From Octopus sinensis (Eukaryota), in assembly GCF_006345805.1 (NCBI RefSeq), contig NC_042998.1, positions 164,920,001 through 164,984,000 on the forward strand: a DNA stretch of 64,000 nt, written 5' to 3'. Both the position numbers and the translations under genes were made by a program. The notes beneath the pieces are model-generated. The model saw only the letters and a program-made list of their open reading frames with translations. It made no database searches and was not told where the DNA came from. Of the stretch, positions 12,721-25,855 are shown one piece after another. Each line of letters starts with the position of its first letter. Positions within the stretch are counted from its first letter, which is position 1.

Positions 12721-14819
12721 ACTCTCAAGTAAATATCTGAAATGTTTTTGCTCATGTCCCAGGTCAATCCAGATGAAATATATTCTACCTGCAATCAACT
12801 TGTCTATTTAGACACGGTAATGCTTAATATCTTATGTACGTCTCTTTTCTTAAGCATGTGATGTGTAATTTGAGAAATCTCAAAATTCTGTAATTAACAT
12901 TCACCAACACAGCCTTTAACAAGCACCGTCCACAAAATTGGCTAATATCCCAATGAACTCTTTTACCGAGATGGTCATTACTGCATTTATATTCTTTATT
13001 GTGCTAGCTTACTGTACTTTCTTACTTTCGTCCAATTTTCCACAGATTTTATATTTACTCTTTGACTGAGTTTTATTAATCTTTGTTTTTATCAAGTTCG
13101 TTGGCTATAATTAGCGATCCAGTTTCTTCGCGTCAGAATTGCATGTCAGCCACAACCAGCGTTCTTTACTTCCAGCATCCTCGGGATGTTAAATGAATTG
13201 ACCTTATTCCTTCCTCTAACTATTTGTCTGGTCATTCTTTCTGTTCTTCAATTCTATTACTGTTTGACAGTCGAGTCTCGGTTTTACATTATGAGAGCTG
13301 CTAATCAATTTGGATCAGTCAAATGCATTTGGTAAGATCAACCATCCGTACTTTCATCCAGTTTCAAGTTGCTCTCATGTGCTAGGTCGCTCATCATTCG
13401 GCATCTGATCGGTGGTGGTAGTAAATATCTGTCTATTAGAACCATATATTATCGAACGCTCGGTCTGCTAAGTAGTATGTTTACCTCTCATCGTATCTGT
13501 TTTGGCCCTTGAGCTTCTGTTGCTGAAACTGGAGGCGTTGAAGGATGCTCAATTCAATCCGAGATGGAGACCGTTTTGGTATACAGGGACATCATCTATT
13601 GTACGTACTTGTCTTATTAAATTGTATATCTAGAATTGTCACCATAGTAATAAAGGCCCAACTAATTATTCACTGTATTCTGATTTAGGTTAATTTACAT
13701 TTATTTAGGATGCAGGTTCGTTCTTCTTTCCCTGTTCCGGCACTTTTTAGAGTGAGAGCTCAGTATGTTGTCACTGATTATGCGTATTGAACCTGTGGAG
13801 ACTACAGAGATTCTAAAACAATGAGCAGGTGTGTTGGTTATTCATGAAATACTTGCACTCACAGTCCCACAGATTTTCTCTTTGGAGGAAAGGTAATCCT
13901 GGATCAAACCTAAACGAAATTTGTGTGTCTGATATCTAGAATGTTCTCAGGTGTTCACAGTTACCTCGGAGGCGGTGGAATGCCGACATTAGCATTCTAC
14001 AAAGGGAAAGTGATGATTTAGAGTAACGACGTACTTGAGGAAACGCTAGATGACAACGAAGAACAGCCAAGTAATTTATTTCTAAGGATCTTCTACCCTG
14101 CGATTATGAACAGCTTCCTGAAATCCCCAGTCCGGTACTGATACTCAGAAGAATAGAAATTACGGCTTCAGCAGTAGCTCTCCTACCATCAGTAAAGCCT
14201 GTCTAAAATGCACGCTGAACGGTGAGACTATTCTCTACGCATCACCTCAGCGTCTGACGATTACATTGATGTCAAACAAGATTTGGCTGAAAGCTGAGTT
14301 AATTGTTGAGACCACCCAATGCTCATTTTTGGTAAGCAGGGACTTGCAGATTAATTTTGTTTGGTCGCTATGGTAAATATGATAAATGAGATCCTTTAGT
14401 GGACGCGTTTGGAAAAATTAACGACAAAGTTCTAATTATTCGATTACATTCACATCTACTTTAAATGAAGTAGGCTGGAGCGGGTGTCGCTGTCTTCCAA
14501 TAAATTTCATTAAAAGATGTTTTCAAATTTAGAAAATGGTACATGTGAGAATGCTAACTTTTGAATTCTACATGAAGATTGTAGTTAGATAGTTACTGCT
14601 CCTTTCCGTAATGTGGTCGGGGATTGGGCGTCGTCCGTTCTTCCATAGATGACGGTTCCTACTCTTTACTCTGTGCCTTCGATCGATTTAAAGTGTGTCA
14701 TATTACATCTTTACCCCTTCTCCACCTCCATATTATTGTTTGTTCATCACAGCATTTTGCATAAAATGAATGTATGAGACCCTGTAATCAATACAGAATC
14801 CTCCACCTCCTCATTATTA

Positions 14820-14953
14820 TATGATTATTATTATCATTATCATTACTACTACTACTACTACTATTGCTGCTGCTGCTGCTGCTGCGGCTACTACTACTAC
14901 TACTACTACTACTGCTACTACTACTACTACTACAACAACTACTACTACTACTG

Positions 14954-14987
<34 letters not shown>

Positions 14988-15045
14988 AACTACTACTACT
15001 GCTACTGTTGCTGCTGCTGCTGCTGCTACTGCCGTTGTAGTTTTT
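14820..15045. repeat. (CTA)n/(CTG)n compound microsatellite
   Basis: Direct reading; source of the poly-T/A/V ORFs. Confidence 0.97.
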
Positions 15046-15515
15046 ATGTTGTTGCTATGGTTATTTGTAATGTTTGTTTGGTGGTGAAAGTTTGTTTTGA
15101 ATAAATTTTTGCGACACAGACACGGCAGCGTCATTTGGATAACCAACACAACAATACTCTCATCTTCCCTCTCTCTCTCACTCACTCTCTCTCTCTCTTA
15201 CTTTTCCCTCCCTCACTAACACACATACTATTACAAGCGAATTTAGAAATCTGTCTCAGCGGTACATTAACCCCGTTGACTTATGAACGTAGACTCCTAA
15301 ACGTACAGTCATACAAACATACACATACATGGACACATAACTCCCGTACATACATACAACTGCGGCTATGCACATAGGTGCACGCGTAGGCGCAATCATG
15401 CATACATTCTTATTGCGCTCATAAAAATACATAGGAACAACACACTCACACACACAAAACAAACAAACTCATATAAGCATACACGTATTACATACTCATC
15501 TTACCTTAGCATATA

Positions 15516-15777
15516 AAAATTAAAAAATAAATCGCCCCTTTGAAGCCTAACCAGGCTCATAGGCCCGGTTTCCCAGTTTCAATGGCGTATATGTTCCCCA
15601 GCTGGACGGGACGTCAGTCCATCGCAGCGTTGTTCATTTTTGCCAGCTGAATGGACTGGAGCAACGTGAAATGAAGTGTTTTGCTCAAGCGCACAACGCG
15701 TCGCTCGGTCCAGGAATCGAAACCACAATCTTACGATCAGGATGTTGACACCCTAACCACTAAGCCACGCGCCTCCA
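15516..15777 (-). mobile_element. SINE-C1 (tRNA head, CORE-like, tail X), full length
   Basis: Head atggaggcgcgtggcttagtggttagggtg; flanked by direct repeat taccttagca at 15502-15511 and 15778-15787 (TSD). Confidence 0.92.
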
Positions 15778-16571
15778 TACCTTAGCACATACATCCCCTT
15801 AAACACTTACACACACACAATCACGGATGGAAATAGAAATACCTTCACTCAAGCGCACTTACAACGCACATACATGCATAAACACTCACTCAGACTTTCA
15901 AAATTTTTTTACACTAATCCAAAAAATTGAGAAAATTGTTCATTATACTGTTGTTTGTCTCTGGTCAGTAAGTGTTATTTCCTCTTTGCTTCTATAGAGA
16001 AATCAAAGGAAATGACTACTATTCCCTTCAAACTTTGCTTTTGTGACATGAGCATCAATGCTTTGAAACTGACCTATTTTTCATTACATTTCAGACATTC
16101 AGTGCTGAGTTGCTGAGGCAGAAATATCGTTATAGTAAATATTCTGCTCAATACTACAAATTTGCTTGTTAGTTGTTTGACCGTAACCTCCTGAGCATGT
16201 CTCTTAATGGCTGACAATATGTGCATCTCTGATCATGAACAGGAGTAGTGAAGGAACATCATAGCCATATGTCGAGAAGGATTCTTAAGTGTTTGAATAA
16301 ATGTAACAAAAGTAAAATTTGAAGGCAATATTAGCCATTTTTTTAAGTTTCTAGGGATAAGCAAATAGAAAATAACAGTTGCTGCTCAAAGTAAAAAAAT
16401 TGTGCTACACAATGTTATTAGACAATATTTTCATTCCTACGAGAGGCTCACTCATTCAATGATATTATATACACACGTGTTGTGAAATCAGAAAGCTTTT
16501 TACAATCCGAAAAAGAAAACGTTTAATGATCCTTATATGTCAGCCACAAAACCCCATCATCAGAAGTAAAC

Positions 16572-16646
16572 AGCCGAGAACGTAGCGACAGACAAAATAC
16601 CGCTAAGCATTTCGCCCGGCGTGCTAACGTTTCTACCAGCTCGCCA
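16572..16646 (-). mobile_element. SINE-A head fragment
   Basis: aataccgctaagcatttcgcccggcgtgctaacgtttctaccagctcgcc. Confidence 0.85.
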
Positions 16647-17210
16647 AGAAATGTTTTCTATATAGTATTGGCCATCATGGTTGTTGTGTGTCCGCAAAAA
16701 ACTAACATTTCTTGACTGTTTATCTCTGATGATAAGCCTTTGTGTCTGAAATACATTATTCTTTCCGTCTTCACTATTTTGTTATTTTAATTCTTTCACA
16801 CAATGCTTCGAGCAAGCTTCAACGCTCTTCATTCCTAGACTTACTTTTATTGCACTTTAAATTCATTCATGAGTGACATTTTCACATGTGCATCTTTTGA
16901 AGAGTGTAAATTCTATTGCCGAAGTAGCCTCATTTTTATGTTGGCCATGAGAATGTTTGGCCGGAATGATCAGTTGTAACTACGTGCGTATTCCTGTTCT
17001 GTTGGTGCTGATGAGTGCGTTTTCCTCCATCTCTTTAATTACGTTTTAAGAAGCGGAACCATCAATGTGGGTCACAGACAATGGCGAAGTCTCCCACTTT
17101 GGAAAGGTTTCATATCGCTCCACGAGGCCTATGTAGTTTCGCACCTCTCCATGAAAAATGCATTTTTTTGAAAACATTTTACTAGATTACTACGTTTTAG
17201 ATGTCGGAGA

Positions 17211-17226
17211 TTATTATTATTATTGC

Positions 17227-17287
<61 letters not shown>

Positions 17288-17288
17288 T
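17211..17288. repeat. (ATT)n tract at the 3' flank of the Dong-like LINE
   Basis: Direct reading. Confidence 0.97.
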
Positions 17289-18696
17289 TTCTTCTTCTTT
17301 CAAATTTGCTTCCATTTCTTATCGAGTGTCTTCCCGACTCCTAGGGCAAAGAAACTCATAGTATACATTGGTAGGCCATTAAACTAAACTCACCAGTTCG
17401 TTCATTTTTTTTTATAGAAATAAAGTTAAATTAAAATACATGGGTAGTAATAGTTCTCACATCGACAATGCTCTTCTCAATACGTGTGATGTACCAGTTA
17501 AGACAATCTTTTGCACTTCTTGCAAATTTAATATAATTTTCGGTTCCCTTCTTGATCATCTCTAGTGCTCCTACGATCACTGGTATTGTAACCGCCTTGA
17601 GATGCCGCATTTTCTCAATTTCAATGAGCAGGTCTTTATATTTTCTGAGCTTGTCAAATTCTTTCGCCGAGATATTATGATCACAGGGGGATGCTCATGT
17701 CGATCAATAAGCAAACTTTATTGTTTTGGTCTTTCACAACAATATCCGGTTTATTGGTTTTGATGGTTCGGTCTGTATGTACTGGTAAGTCCCACAGAAT
17801 CGTTACATTTTCTCCTTCAGTTACAGCTTCAGGGTGGTGATTATACCACTTGTCGGCAGTTTTGATTTCGTAATGCCGACTTATTAGCCAGTGTAGATAT
17901 TGGCCAACTCTGTCATGTCTTAATTTATACTCCACTGGTGCTAAGACTTTACATCCAGAGATTAGGTGGTCCACTGTTTCAATCATGTCGTTGCAGAATC
18001 GGCATTTTGGGTCTGCTCCATTTTTCATCACATTGGCCTGGTAGTTTCGGGTTAATAGGCTTTGATCTTGAGCAGCCAGGATGAAACCATCGCTCTCTGC
18101 TTTTAGCCCTGAGCTCCGTAGCCACTGATGGGTTTGCTTCTGGTCAACATCAGCTTGTTTGCTACGGGCCACATATTTGCCGTGCAGAGGTTTCTCCTCC
18201 CACCTATCAGCCAATTGCTCGTGCGCTTTTTTCGTTGCCATTATTTTCACCTTCTTTGCAACAATAGTTGCCGTACTTCCCTCGGGTTGTTCAGTTTGGG
18301 TATCCTGCACGAGATCAATAGCAAATTTTTTGTTTTCCTTTATGATAGAATGAAGCTTCTTTCGTCTCACGTGATTTTCCACGAGCTTTAGCATCCAGTC
18401 ATTGGTTATTTCAAGATATTTGGCCAGTCCAATTGTGGTTGTTTTGTAAGCTAGTTCAAATTGGATCAGGCCTCGATCTCCTTGGGCTCTGGGGAGGTAA
18501 AGGCGATCTACGTCTGCCTTTGGGTGGTGCATCCTATTACAACTCATTAGCTTGCGTATTTTCCTATCTATATTTTTACTTCACTCATATTCCAGTTCAA
18601 CACATTGTAGCTATAAGTAACAACTGGAACTGTTTAGGAATTTATAGCTAACACCTTGTTACGTGCATTTAGTTCAGATTTCAGGACTGCTCGAAC

Positions 18697-18697
<1 letters not shown>
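17289..18697 (-). mobile_element. 5'-truncated R4/Dong-clade non-LTR retrotransposon (RT thumb, CCHC, restriction-like endonuclease)
   Basis: VRAVLKSELNARNKV...HHPKADVDRLYLPR...QWLRSSGLKAESDGFILAAQDQSL...CRFCNDMIETVDHLISGC...ILWDLPVHTDRTIKTNKPDIVVKD...LIDMSIP...VQKIVLTGTSHVLRRALSM* (stop 17457-17459); frameshifts present. Confidence 0.93.
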
Positions 18698-18752
<55 letters not shown>

Positions 18753-18763
18753 CATTATTATCA

Positions 18764-18827
<64 letters not shown>

Positions 18828-18890
18828 CATTATTATCATCATCATTATTATTATTATTATTATTATTATATTATTATTATTATTATTATT
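18698..18890. repeat. (ATT)n/(ATC)n tract at the 5' flank of the Dong-like LINE
   Basis: Direct reading. Confidence 0.97.
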
Positions 18891-19189
18891 GTATATTCGG
18901 AATCTCCGACATCTAAAACGTAGGAATCCGGAAAAAGTTTTTAAAAAAAAACATTTTTCAAGGAGAGTGGCGAAACTGCATTAGTCCCCGCTCCTCTTCA
19001 GATGTGTTAGGAAGGACTCATTAGATAATGTGTTTAGATAATGTTACTGGACAAAAAGACGAGATAACCATACAGAGAAAAGTATTTGATCATATATCTG
19101 TTTGATCAGAGTTTCTTGAGAAACATTCCTACAAACATATTCCCTTGTACTGCAATCATGTAACATATCGCAATTACATATACACACAC

Positions 19190-19545
19190 GCTATGTTCTT
19201 TGCAACTACATGGTTGCAGGTTCAATCTAACTGCTCGGCAACTTGGACAAGTGTCTACTATAGCCCCTGATCAACCAATGCCTTGGAAGTGATCTTGGTA
19301 ACCGGAAACTGTATTTCCGTCGTGCGCGAATGCGTGTGTGCGCCTATCCCCATCACCGCTTAACAACTGATTTTAATTCTTTTACATTCTCGTTACTAAA
19401 TGGTTCGGTAAACGAGACCGACAAAATAAGTACCAGACTTTTAAAAAAGGTACTGTATTTGATTTACGATCGACTTACGATCCTTCACGGCTATTCCCCA
19501 GCAGGATTGCTCTCCAATGATTGAAACAAGTGAAAGATAAAAGAT
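19190..19545 (+). mobile_element. Diverged SINE-B copy
   Basis: catggttgcaggttcaatc...ttggacaagtgtctactatagccc...gagaccgacaaaataagtaccag...atgattgaaacaagtgaaagataaaag. Confidence 0.7.
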
Positions 19546-19887
19546 ACATGAAAAGAAGGGGGATGTCAAAGACACGTATAATTACAGCGATGTAAATGTA
19601 TACACATAAGCCTACATAAATAAATGTGTGATGGAGTTCCACCCGAAATTCATACCGCCTGTAATAGACATCCGGTCAAGATAAACTAGGGAAAATCTGC
19701 AGTAGCAGTTGCGGTCGCACTTGGCGAGGCGCGACCTACTAATAGTGCAATGCCCTGCACATGCATCCCGACTACACTGACCACATAATATAAAGAAGAC
19801 GGCGGTACGTGCAGACCTCTGCAGCCCGGTAACACACGCAACGGAATTGACTTGTGGAGCTGTGCTGAAACGGTAATAGGAATGGCT

Positions 19888-20081
19888 ATCAAGGTGGTGA
19901 GCTGGCAGAATCGTTACGTTCTGAGTTCAAATCCCGCCGAGGTCGACTTTGCCTTTCATCCTTTCGGGGTCGATAAATTAAGTACCAGTTATGCATTGGG
20001 GTCGATATAATCGACTTAATCAGTTTGTCTGTCCTTGTTTGTCCTCTCTGTGTTTAGCCCCTTGTGGGTAGTAAAGAAATA
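19888..20081 (+). mobile_element. SINE-A, tail type T1, internal deletion, 16-bp TSD
   Basis: TSD ggtaataggaatggct at 19872-19887 and 20082-20097. Confidence 0.95.
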
Positions 20082-21621
20082 GGTAATAGGAATGGCTGGT
20101 TCCTATGAAACGAGTGCTAGGTTACTAATTGACGCATTCGCACATGGATGAGATCTAAGATATCCGTCATGAAAGAGAGATGCAATTTGTACAGCACCAT
20201 GCGGACATTGTGTAAAATCCTATGTAAAATCACAAGAAACTAAGTTAATACTAAGATTAATGGGTGTTACAAATGTTTGACATTAAAGTATTATTACGGG
20301 TTCGAACGTACCACAAGCATATTTGAACTTGTAATAACATTGCATAAAATATTATACTGACGCTCTTCAAGGCTTTTGAGCGATTCAAAATATTTGTAAT
20401 TTTCTTATGCATGTGTTACTTGCAATCTAACTTAGAGTAGAAATGGAAAAGAGATGCTTCATCATTTGAAAATACACTCGCTGCATAAAGAAACAGTTTG
20501 GTTAATGATACTTTCTTTCTGGTGAGGCAAGGGAGAGGACTAGGAAACTGAAATTGATCGGAAATGAAACGATGGCAGGCTGTGAGTAGTTATACTAATC
20601 TTTTGTAACTCCGGTGGTTGTCCAAAGTACATTTCAGTTTTATTAGACCTTCTCAACGGAGTTTAGCCTAGCACATAATCAAATTTAGAATGATTAAGCA
20701 CATGTTAAAGTAGAAGATGAATTGTATTAGGGTGACATAGTTTGTTGTCCAATAAACTATGAATAAAGAATAAACGCAGAGAAGTAGAATTGTGCTGACT
20801 ACAAAAGTTTGTTCTGCTGCATAAGTGTAGGTTTTGTATGATGTAAATGTTTTGCTTCGTTTCGTTTAAAATATATACGCCTGTAAATAGATGCATTTAT
20901 GTTGAGAAAACCAACGTATGCAAGTGTGCGCTTGCTTATCCCCAAATAAATGTATGCGTACATACTGTACGAACACGCATAAATGCGCAAGCACATAGCC
21001 TACGAACACAAGCACTCACACAAGGAGTGCGGGAGCGTGGAGAGAGAGAGAAAGAGAGAAGCGGAACATGGGTGAGCGAAAGCGATTATAATAGATAGAG
21101 ACATATCTATTGCCAACAATGTCCATATCATTAAACATCTGACGTTGTACTGTACACACGTACAAGCACACAAAAGTACAAATAAAATAAGTACTCACTA
21201 ATTTGGATATATGTGCGTGCGCCTGTTATTAGAATTCGTGAGAATATTTACGTATACATATTCCAAACAGCTTTTAATACAAATCTTAAAATAACCGTTA
21301 CCAATTTTCACGTAGGGTTTATGAGAGGGGAAACTAATTTCAAAGATATAAAATTGTCCATGCATTCAAATGTATCGCATTAGTTACCTAATATCATATC
21401 AATTATATCGTATTCCATGCTTCTGTTGAACGTGTATACATGTGTACACACGCATATTAACGCATGGATGTATGTACATACTGATAGTTGTTAGTGAAAT
21501 AGGGAATAAATATGTATATATGTATTTATAATTATATAATTATGAATAATACATTTGGAAATGTCCGTATTCTCATATATACATATGCACATGTATGTCT
21601 GTATGTATGTATGCATTTATG

Positions 21622-21694
<73 letters not shown>

Positions 21695-21835
21695 GTGTGT
21701 GTAGAGTTTAATGAGCGAGTGAAAAGTAATTCAATACCACACTAAAGTGCAATTGTTTATTTAGACCGACGCAAACTCGTAAACTTCGATATACAGTTTT
21801 TGACAACGGAGACCACCCTCAGTCTACTCGGACTG

Positions 21836-21874
<39 letters not shown>

Positions 21875-21929
21875 CGAGTTCACTCAGCTTTACATTACTC
21901 AAAATTTCATAGGTACAGGTCATGTGAAT

Positions 21930-23400
21930 AGCATGATAATTTAAATATCTGCTTTAACATGGTAGACGAGACACTGTAATGGCGTCAGGTACTCGGTGAC
22001 CTGTAGTGTTTTGGAAATACTCGACTTCCATCTCGATTGTTAAGAAATTGTTAGTTCTGCAATGTTTCCGACTGGGTAAAAATGGAAGAGGATCCCATTG
22101 CTCGACACATGCATAAGAAGTTATGACGGGGCCGAAGTCGCTGACTTCTTCGGCTTATTTATCCTGGATACTTCAAAAACTTAAACAATCTTCAGTTCAA
22201 TCCTTCACAAGGATAATGTCCTGGCAGTCTTAAGCCACATCACAAGTAAGCTGAAGAAGAATCTCATAAAGATCTTATATAATAGTTATTACCAATTGAA
22301 ATAAAGTCATTGCTTTATTCTTTTACTTGTTTCAGTCATTTGACTGTGGCCATGCTGGAGCATCGCCTTTAGTTGATCAAATCGACCCCAGGACTTATTC
22401 TTTGTAAGCCTAGTACTTATTATATCGGGATCTTTTGCCGAATCGTTAGGTAACGCGGACGCAAACGCACCAGCATCAGTTGTCAAGCAATGTTGTGGGT
22501 GGGGGAACCAACACAGACACAAACATACACACACACATACACACACATATATGTATATACGACGAGCTTCTTTCAGTTTCCGTCAACTAAATCCACTCAC
22601 AAGGCTTTGGTCGGCCCGAGGCTATAGTAGAAGACACTTGCCCAAGGTGTAACGTAGTGAGACTGAACCCCGAACCGTGTGGTTGGTAAGCAAGCTACTT
22701 ACCACACAGCCACTCCTGCGCCTAGTTGAAGAAGGTCATAGTTGAAGAAGAATCTTATAAAGGTCTTATATAATAGTTATTACCAATTTAAATAAGGTCG
22801 ACCTCTTGGATATTACTCTAAGCTTCAAGACAGATACATACCATGCTTAAAAAGATTCTTACAAGTAATCTGATTATATCAATAGGAATACCAACTGAAC
22901 CCCTCCACAATTATAACTGGAAACCTGGTCAAAGACATTGGCAGAAGAATCTCTGATCTTTGGCCGCAACCCAATAGTAAGTGACATGCGCGATGAGGGG
23001 TTTCATAGAAAGTTTAATTTATATAGGTCTTCGCAACCATGCACTCAAACACGAAGAGAGAAATATATTCTTGTTCAATCTTCTATTCAGTCAAGCTGTA
23101 TCAACAACTGTAGGTAGAAGCTTCCTGTTACTAATTAGATACCACATCCCAAGTACTATTAAATAAGCATAAACTCTTTAATATCGAAAATCTTAAGGTT
23201 AGCTACTCAGGCTTAGAAAGAATTGCTTCCAACACAGCACGCTGCAACAGAAACAAGCTCACAGACTCCACATTCCAACCTGTAACTGTCGGAATCCAAC
23301 CAACTTATTACTGGTAAGATATTTCTCCTAAAAGCTGTAATCTACAGTGCCACACTAACACAGTACTGTTATCAAATTATGTAGCTAAACAGTTGATGAA
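21930..23400 (+). pseudogene. Decayed Penelope-like RT-GIY-YIG frame (Naiad-like), interrupted by SINE-B
   Basis: SYDGAEVADFFGLFIL (22119-), LHKDNVLAVL (about 22203), VDLLDITL (about 22797), RNIFLFNLLFSQAVSTTVGRSFLLLIRYHIP (about 23057), NLKVSYS, CNCRNP, VIYSATLT occur in the expected order. Confidence 0.8.
22309..22723 (-). mobile_element. SINE-B (CORE-like), full length
   Basis: Reverse complement aggcgcaggagtggctgtgtggtaagtagcttgcttacc...caccttgggcaagtgtcttctactatagcc...atgactgaaacaagtaaaag. Confidence 0.93.
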
Positions 23401-23467
23401 GACTAGAGATATTTCAATACTAAACATGTTTTACTAAGATTAAGCTGGATCAGGTAAGTTGATATAT

Positions 23468-23538
<71 letters not shown>

Positions 23539-23691
23539 TCATTCTCTCTCTCTCTCTTTATATATATATATATATATATATATAATAGAAATATGTTTCA
23601 AAAAGAAAATATAACCTACACGGGAAAAGATATGGGGAAAGTAAAAAGAAAAAAAAAGCGAAAATAGACATTGGATATCAAAAAAATAGAG

Positions 23692-23979
23692 GCTTTTTTT
23701 TTAATGAAAAGTAGCGATAAATAAATACAATTAGATGAAGTGAGGTAGAATTAAGAGGAATTAAATTCATTATTTTGAATTGTTAAAGAGATTCAAAGTC
23801 AAACCGGTGTAATCATTGCTGTTCACTGTGGTGCGCATTCAAATCCAGTGAACAGCAATGACGATACCGGTTTGACTTTGAATCTCTTTAACAATTCAAA
23901 ATAATGAATTTAATTCCTCTTAATTCTAGCTCAGTTCATCTAATTGTATTTATTTATCGCTACTTATCATAAAAAAAGC
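23692..23979. repeat. Fold-back element, arms about 135 bp, 17-nt loop
   Basis: 23692-23828 is the near-perfect reverse complement of 23846-23979. Confidence 0.95.
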
Positions 23980-24153
23980 TTTTTGACGTTCAATATGCAT
24001 ATTTACTATTTTTATTCTTACTCCCCCATAAATATATATATATATATATATGCTAAACATAGCTTTGCGATTAAGAAATTCCTTTTGCTGTCATGTGACT
24101 TCGGGGGAAGTCTGTGTGCGCGCGTGTGTATGCACTTATATTGAACGATACTT

Positions 24154-24368
24154 AAGGCGGTGAGCTGGCAGAAACGTTAGCACGCCGGGCGAAATGTTTA
24201 GCCATATTTCGTCTGCCGTTACGTTCTGAGTTCAAATTCCGCCGAGGTCGACTTTGCCTTTCATCCTTTCGGGATCGATAAATTAAGTACCAGTTGCGCA
24301 CTGGGGGTGATCTAACCGACTGGCCCCGTTCCCCAAAATTTCTGGCCTTGTGCCTAGAGTAGAAAAGC
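24154..24368 (+). mobile_element. SINE-A, tail type T2, full length with 16-bp TSD
   Basis: TSD atattgaacgatactt at 24138-24153 and 24369-24384. Confidence 0.95.
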
Positions 24369-24689
24369 ATATTGAACGATACTTTTTTACACCCCCTTTC
24401 CTTGTTCGACTTCCGTATGTGTGATGTCGTTGAATTTTGGCGCCACGTTTATAGACTTTTCTCCTGTTACTTCTGTCATTAGAGTGGTGTGTCTTCATCA
24501 GTTTCGACTTGCACAAGGAAGCAGCTGCACAACATGGGAACTTCAGAAGAATAGGTCTGTATGGGACACTTCTCCGTATATGCGTGTGTGAGTGTGTAAG
24601 ACAACAAGTCCTTCATGAGCCATTGGCTCATAAAGACGGTTTTCCGAATTATGTTGTGGATGGAATGTCGGTCTGTCGCAGGTTTACTC

Positions 24690-24825
24690 CTTTTTGTCAG
24701 TTGTGTGGACTGGAGCAACTTGAAATGAACTGTTTTGCTCAAGAACACAACAAATTGCCAGGCTGGGGAATCGAAACCACATTCTTATGATCATAGATGC
24801 TTTACTCTAACCACTAAGCCACGCA
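24690..24825 (-). mobile_element. SINE-C1 5' part
   Basis: gtggactggagcaacttgaaatgaactgttttgctcaagaacacaac...gaatcgaaaccac...taaccactaagccacgc. Confidence 0.85.
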
Positions 24826-25222
24826 CGCAAACACACAAATACACATACACACATACGTACGCACGCACTTTAAAATGGCCGCAACTCGATTTGGAACAAT
24901 GCCATCAGTTCAATGTTCTCTTAAACATGAGGTATGCAGATATGGGTTTTCAGTTCTTTTGAGGACCTACACTCTTTTTATGTATTAACGATGGGCGCCT
25001 CTTGTAGCAGGTGTTGAGAGAACTCACCACCCATGTCGATACATGCTATTATTCATTGAGTGCTTCTCCTTTCTCGGTTACGGCCCACCCATAGTAACAC
25101 ACACACACACACACGTGTGTGCGTTTGGGTAAACAGAAACATAGGATAAAATATAATCGCTCTTACACATGCACTGACATACACATACAGTGTGTGTCAG
25201 GGAGAGAGATAGGAAATAGGAT

Positions 25223-25224
<2 letters not shown>

Positions 25225-25270
<46 letters not shown>

Positions 25271-25288
25271 ATATATATATATATAAAG

Positions 25289-25360
<72 letters not shown>
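25225..25360. repeat. (AT)n(AG)n microsatellite
   Basis: Direct reading; further (AT)n tracts at 23462-23585 and 25805-25950. Confidence 0.96.
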
Positions 25361-25361
<1 letters not shown>

Positions 25362-25804
25362 GGAGAGAACGAGAGAGGGAAAGACAAAAACAAAGATACA
25401 AGCTTATATGAAATGTTGAAAGGTTTCTTTTATTAAATTGGTTTAACAGTTCTTATTTATATTCTAATAATTGCTGATTTTCTCTTGGAATGTGGGTGTG
25501 GATGTACTGTTGTGTATAAAACGTCTTATAGATAAGTTCGTAAATATGTATGTAAATATTTATTTCTGTACAGTAGCGACCTACCAGTCTAAATATCTAT
25601 CTATAATTTTCTTCTTTGTATGTAAGTGTTAGACAAGTTCTAGAGCATTAAATGAACTTGATTTTGTATGTGTATTTACATATACACATGCATATGTGAT
25701 AGTCATATATCTGTGTATGCCTATTATGTATGCATAGTAGGTACACGCAGACAGGCAGACAGACACACACATACAATAAGCAAATACATGTTTATAAATG
25801 AAGG

Positions 25805-25855
<51 letters not shown>

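Noticed and set aside
12950-13950. Possible ancient RTE-like LINE remnant on the minus strand
   Set aside because: Only vague endonuclease-like fragments; no diagnostic motif could be read.
16860-17160. Minus-strand frame FHGEVRNYIGLVERYETFPKW... with two in-frame stops
   Set aside because: No recognisable family and no splice support.
19690-20160. Plus-strand frame GKSAVAVAVALG...SARLLIDAFAHG across the SINE insertion
   Set aside because: Contains stops; the Walker-A/SMC resemblance lacks the upstream glycine-rich loop and is likely chance.
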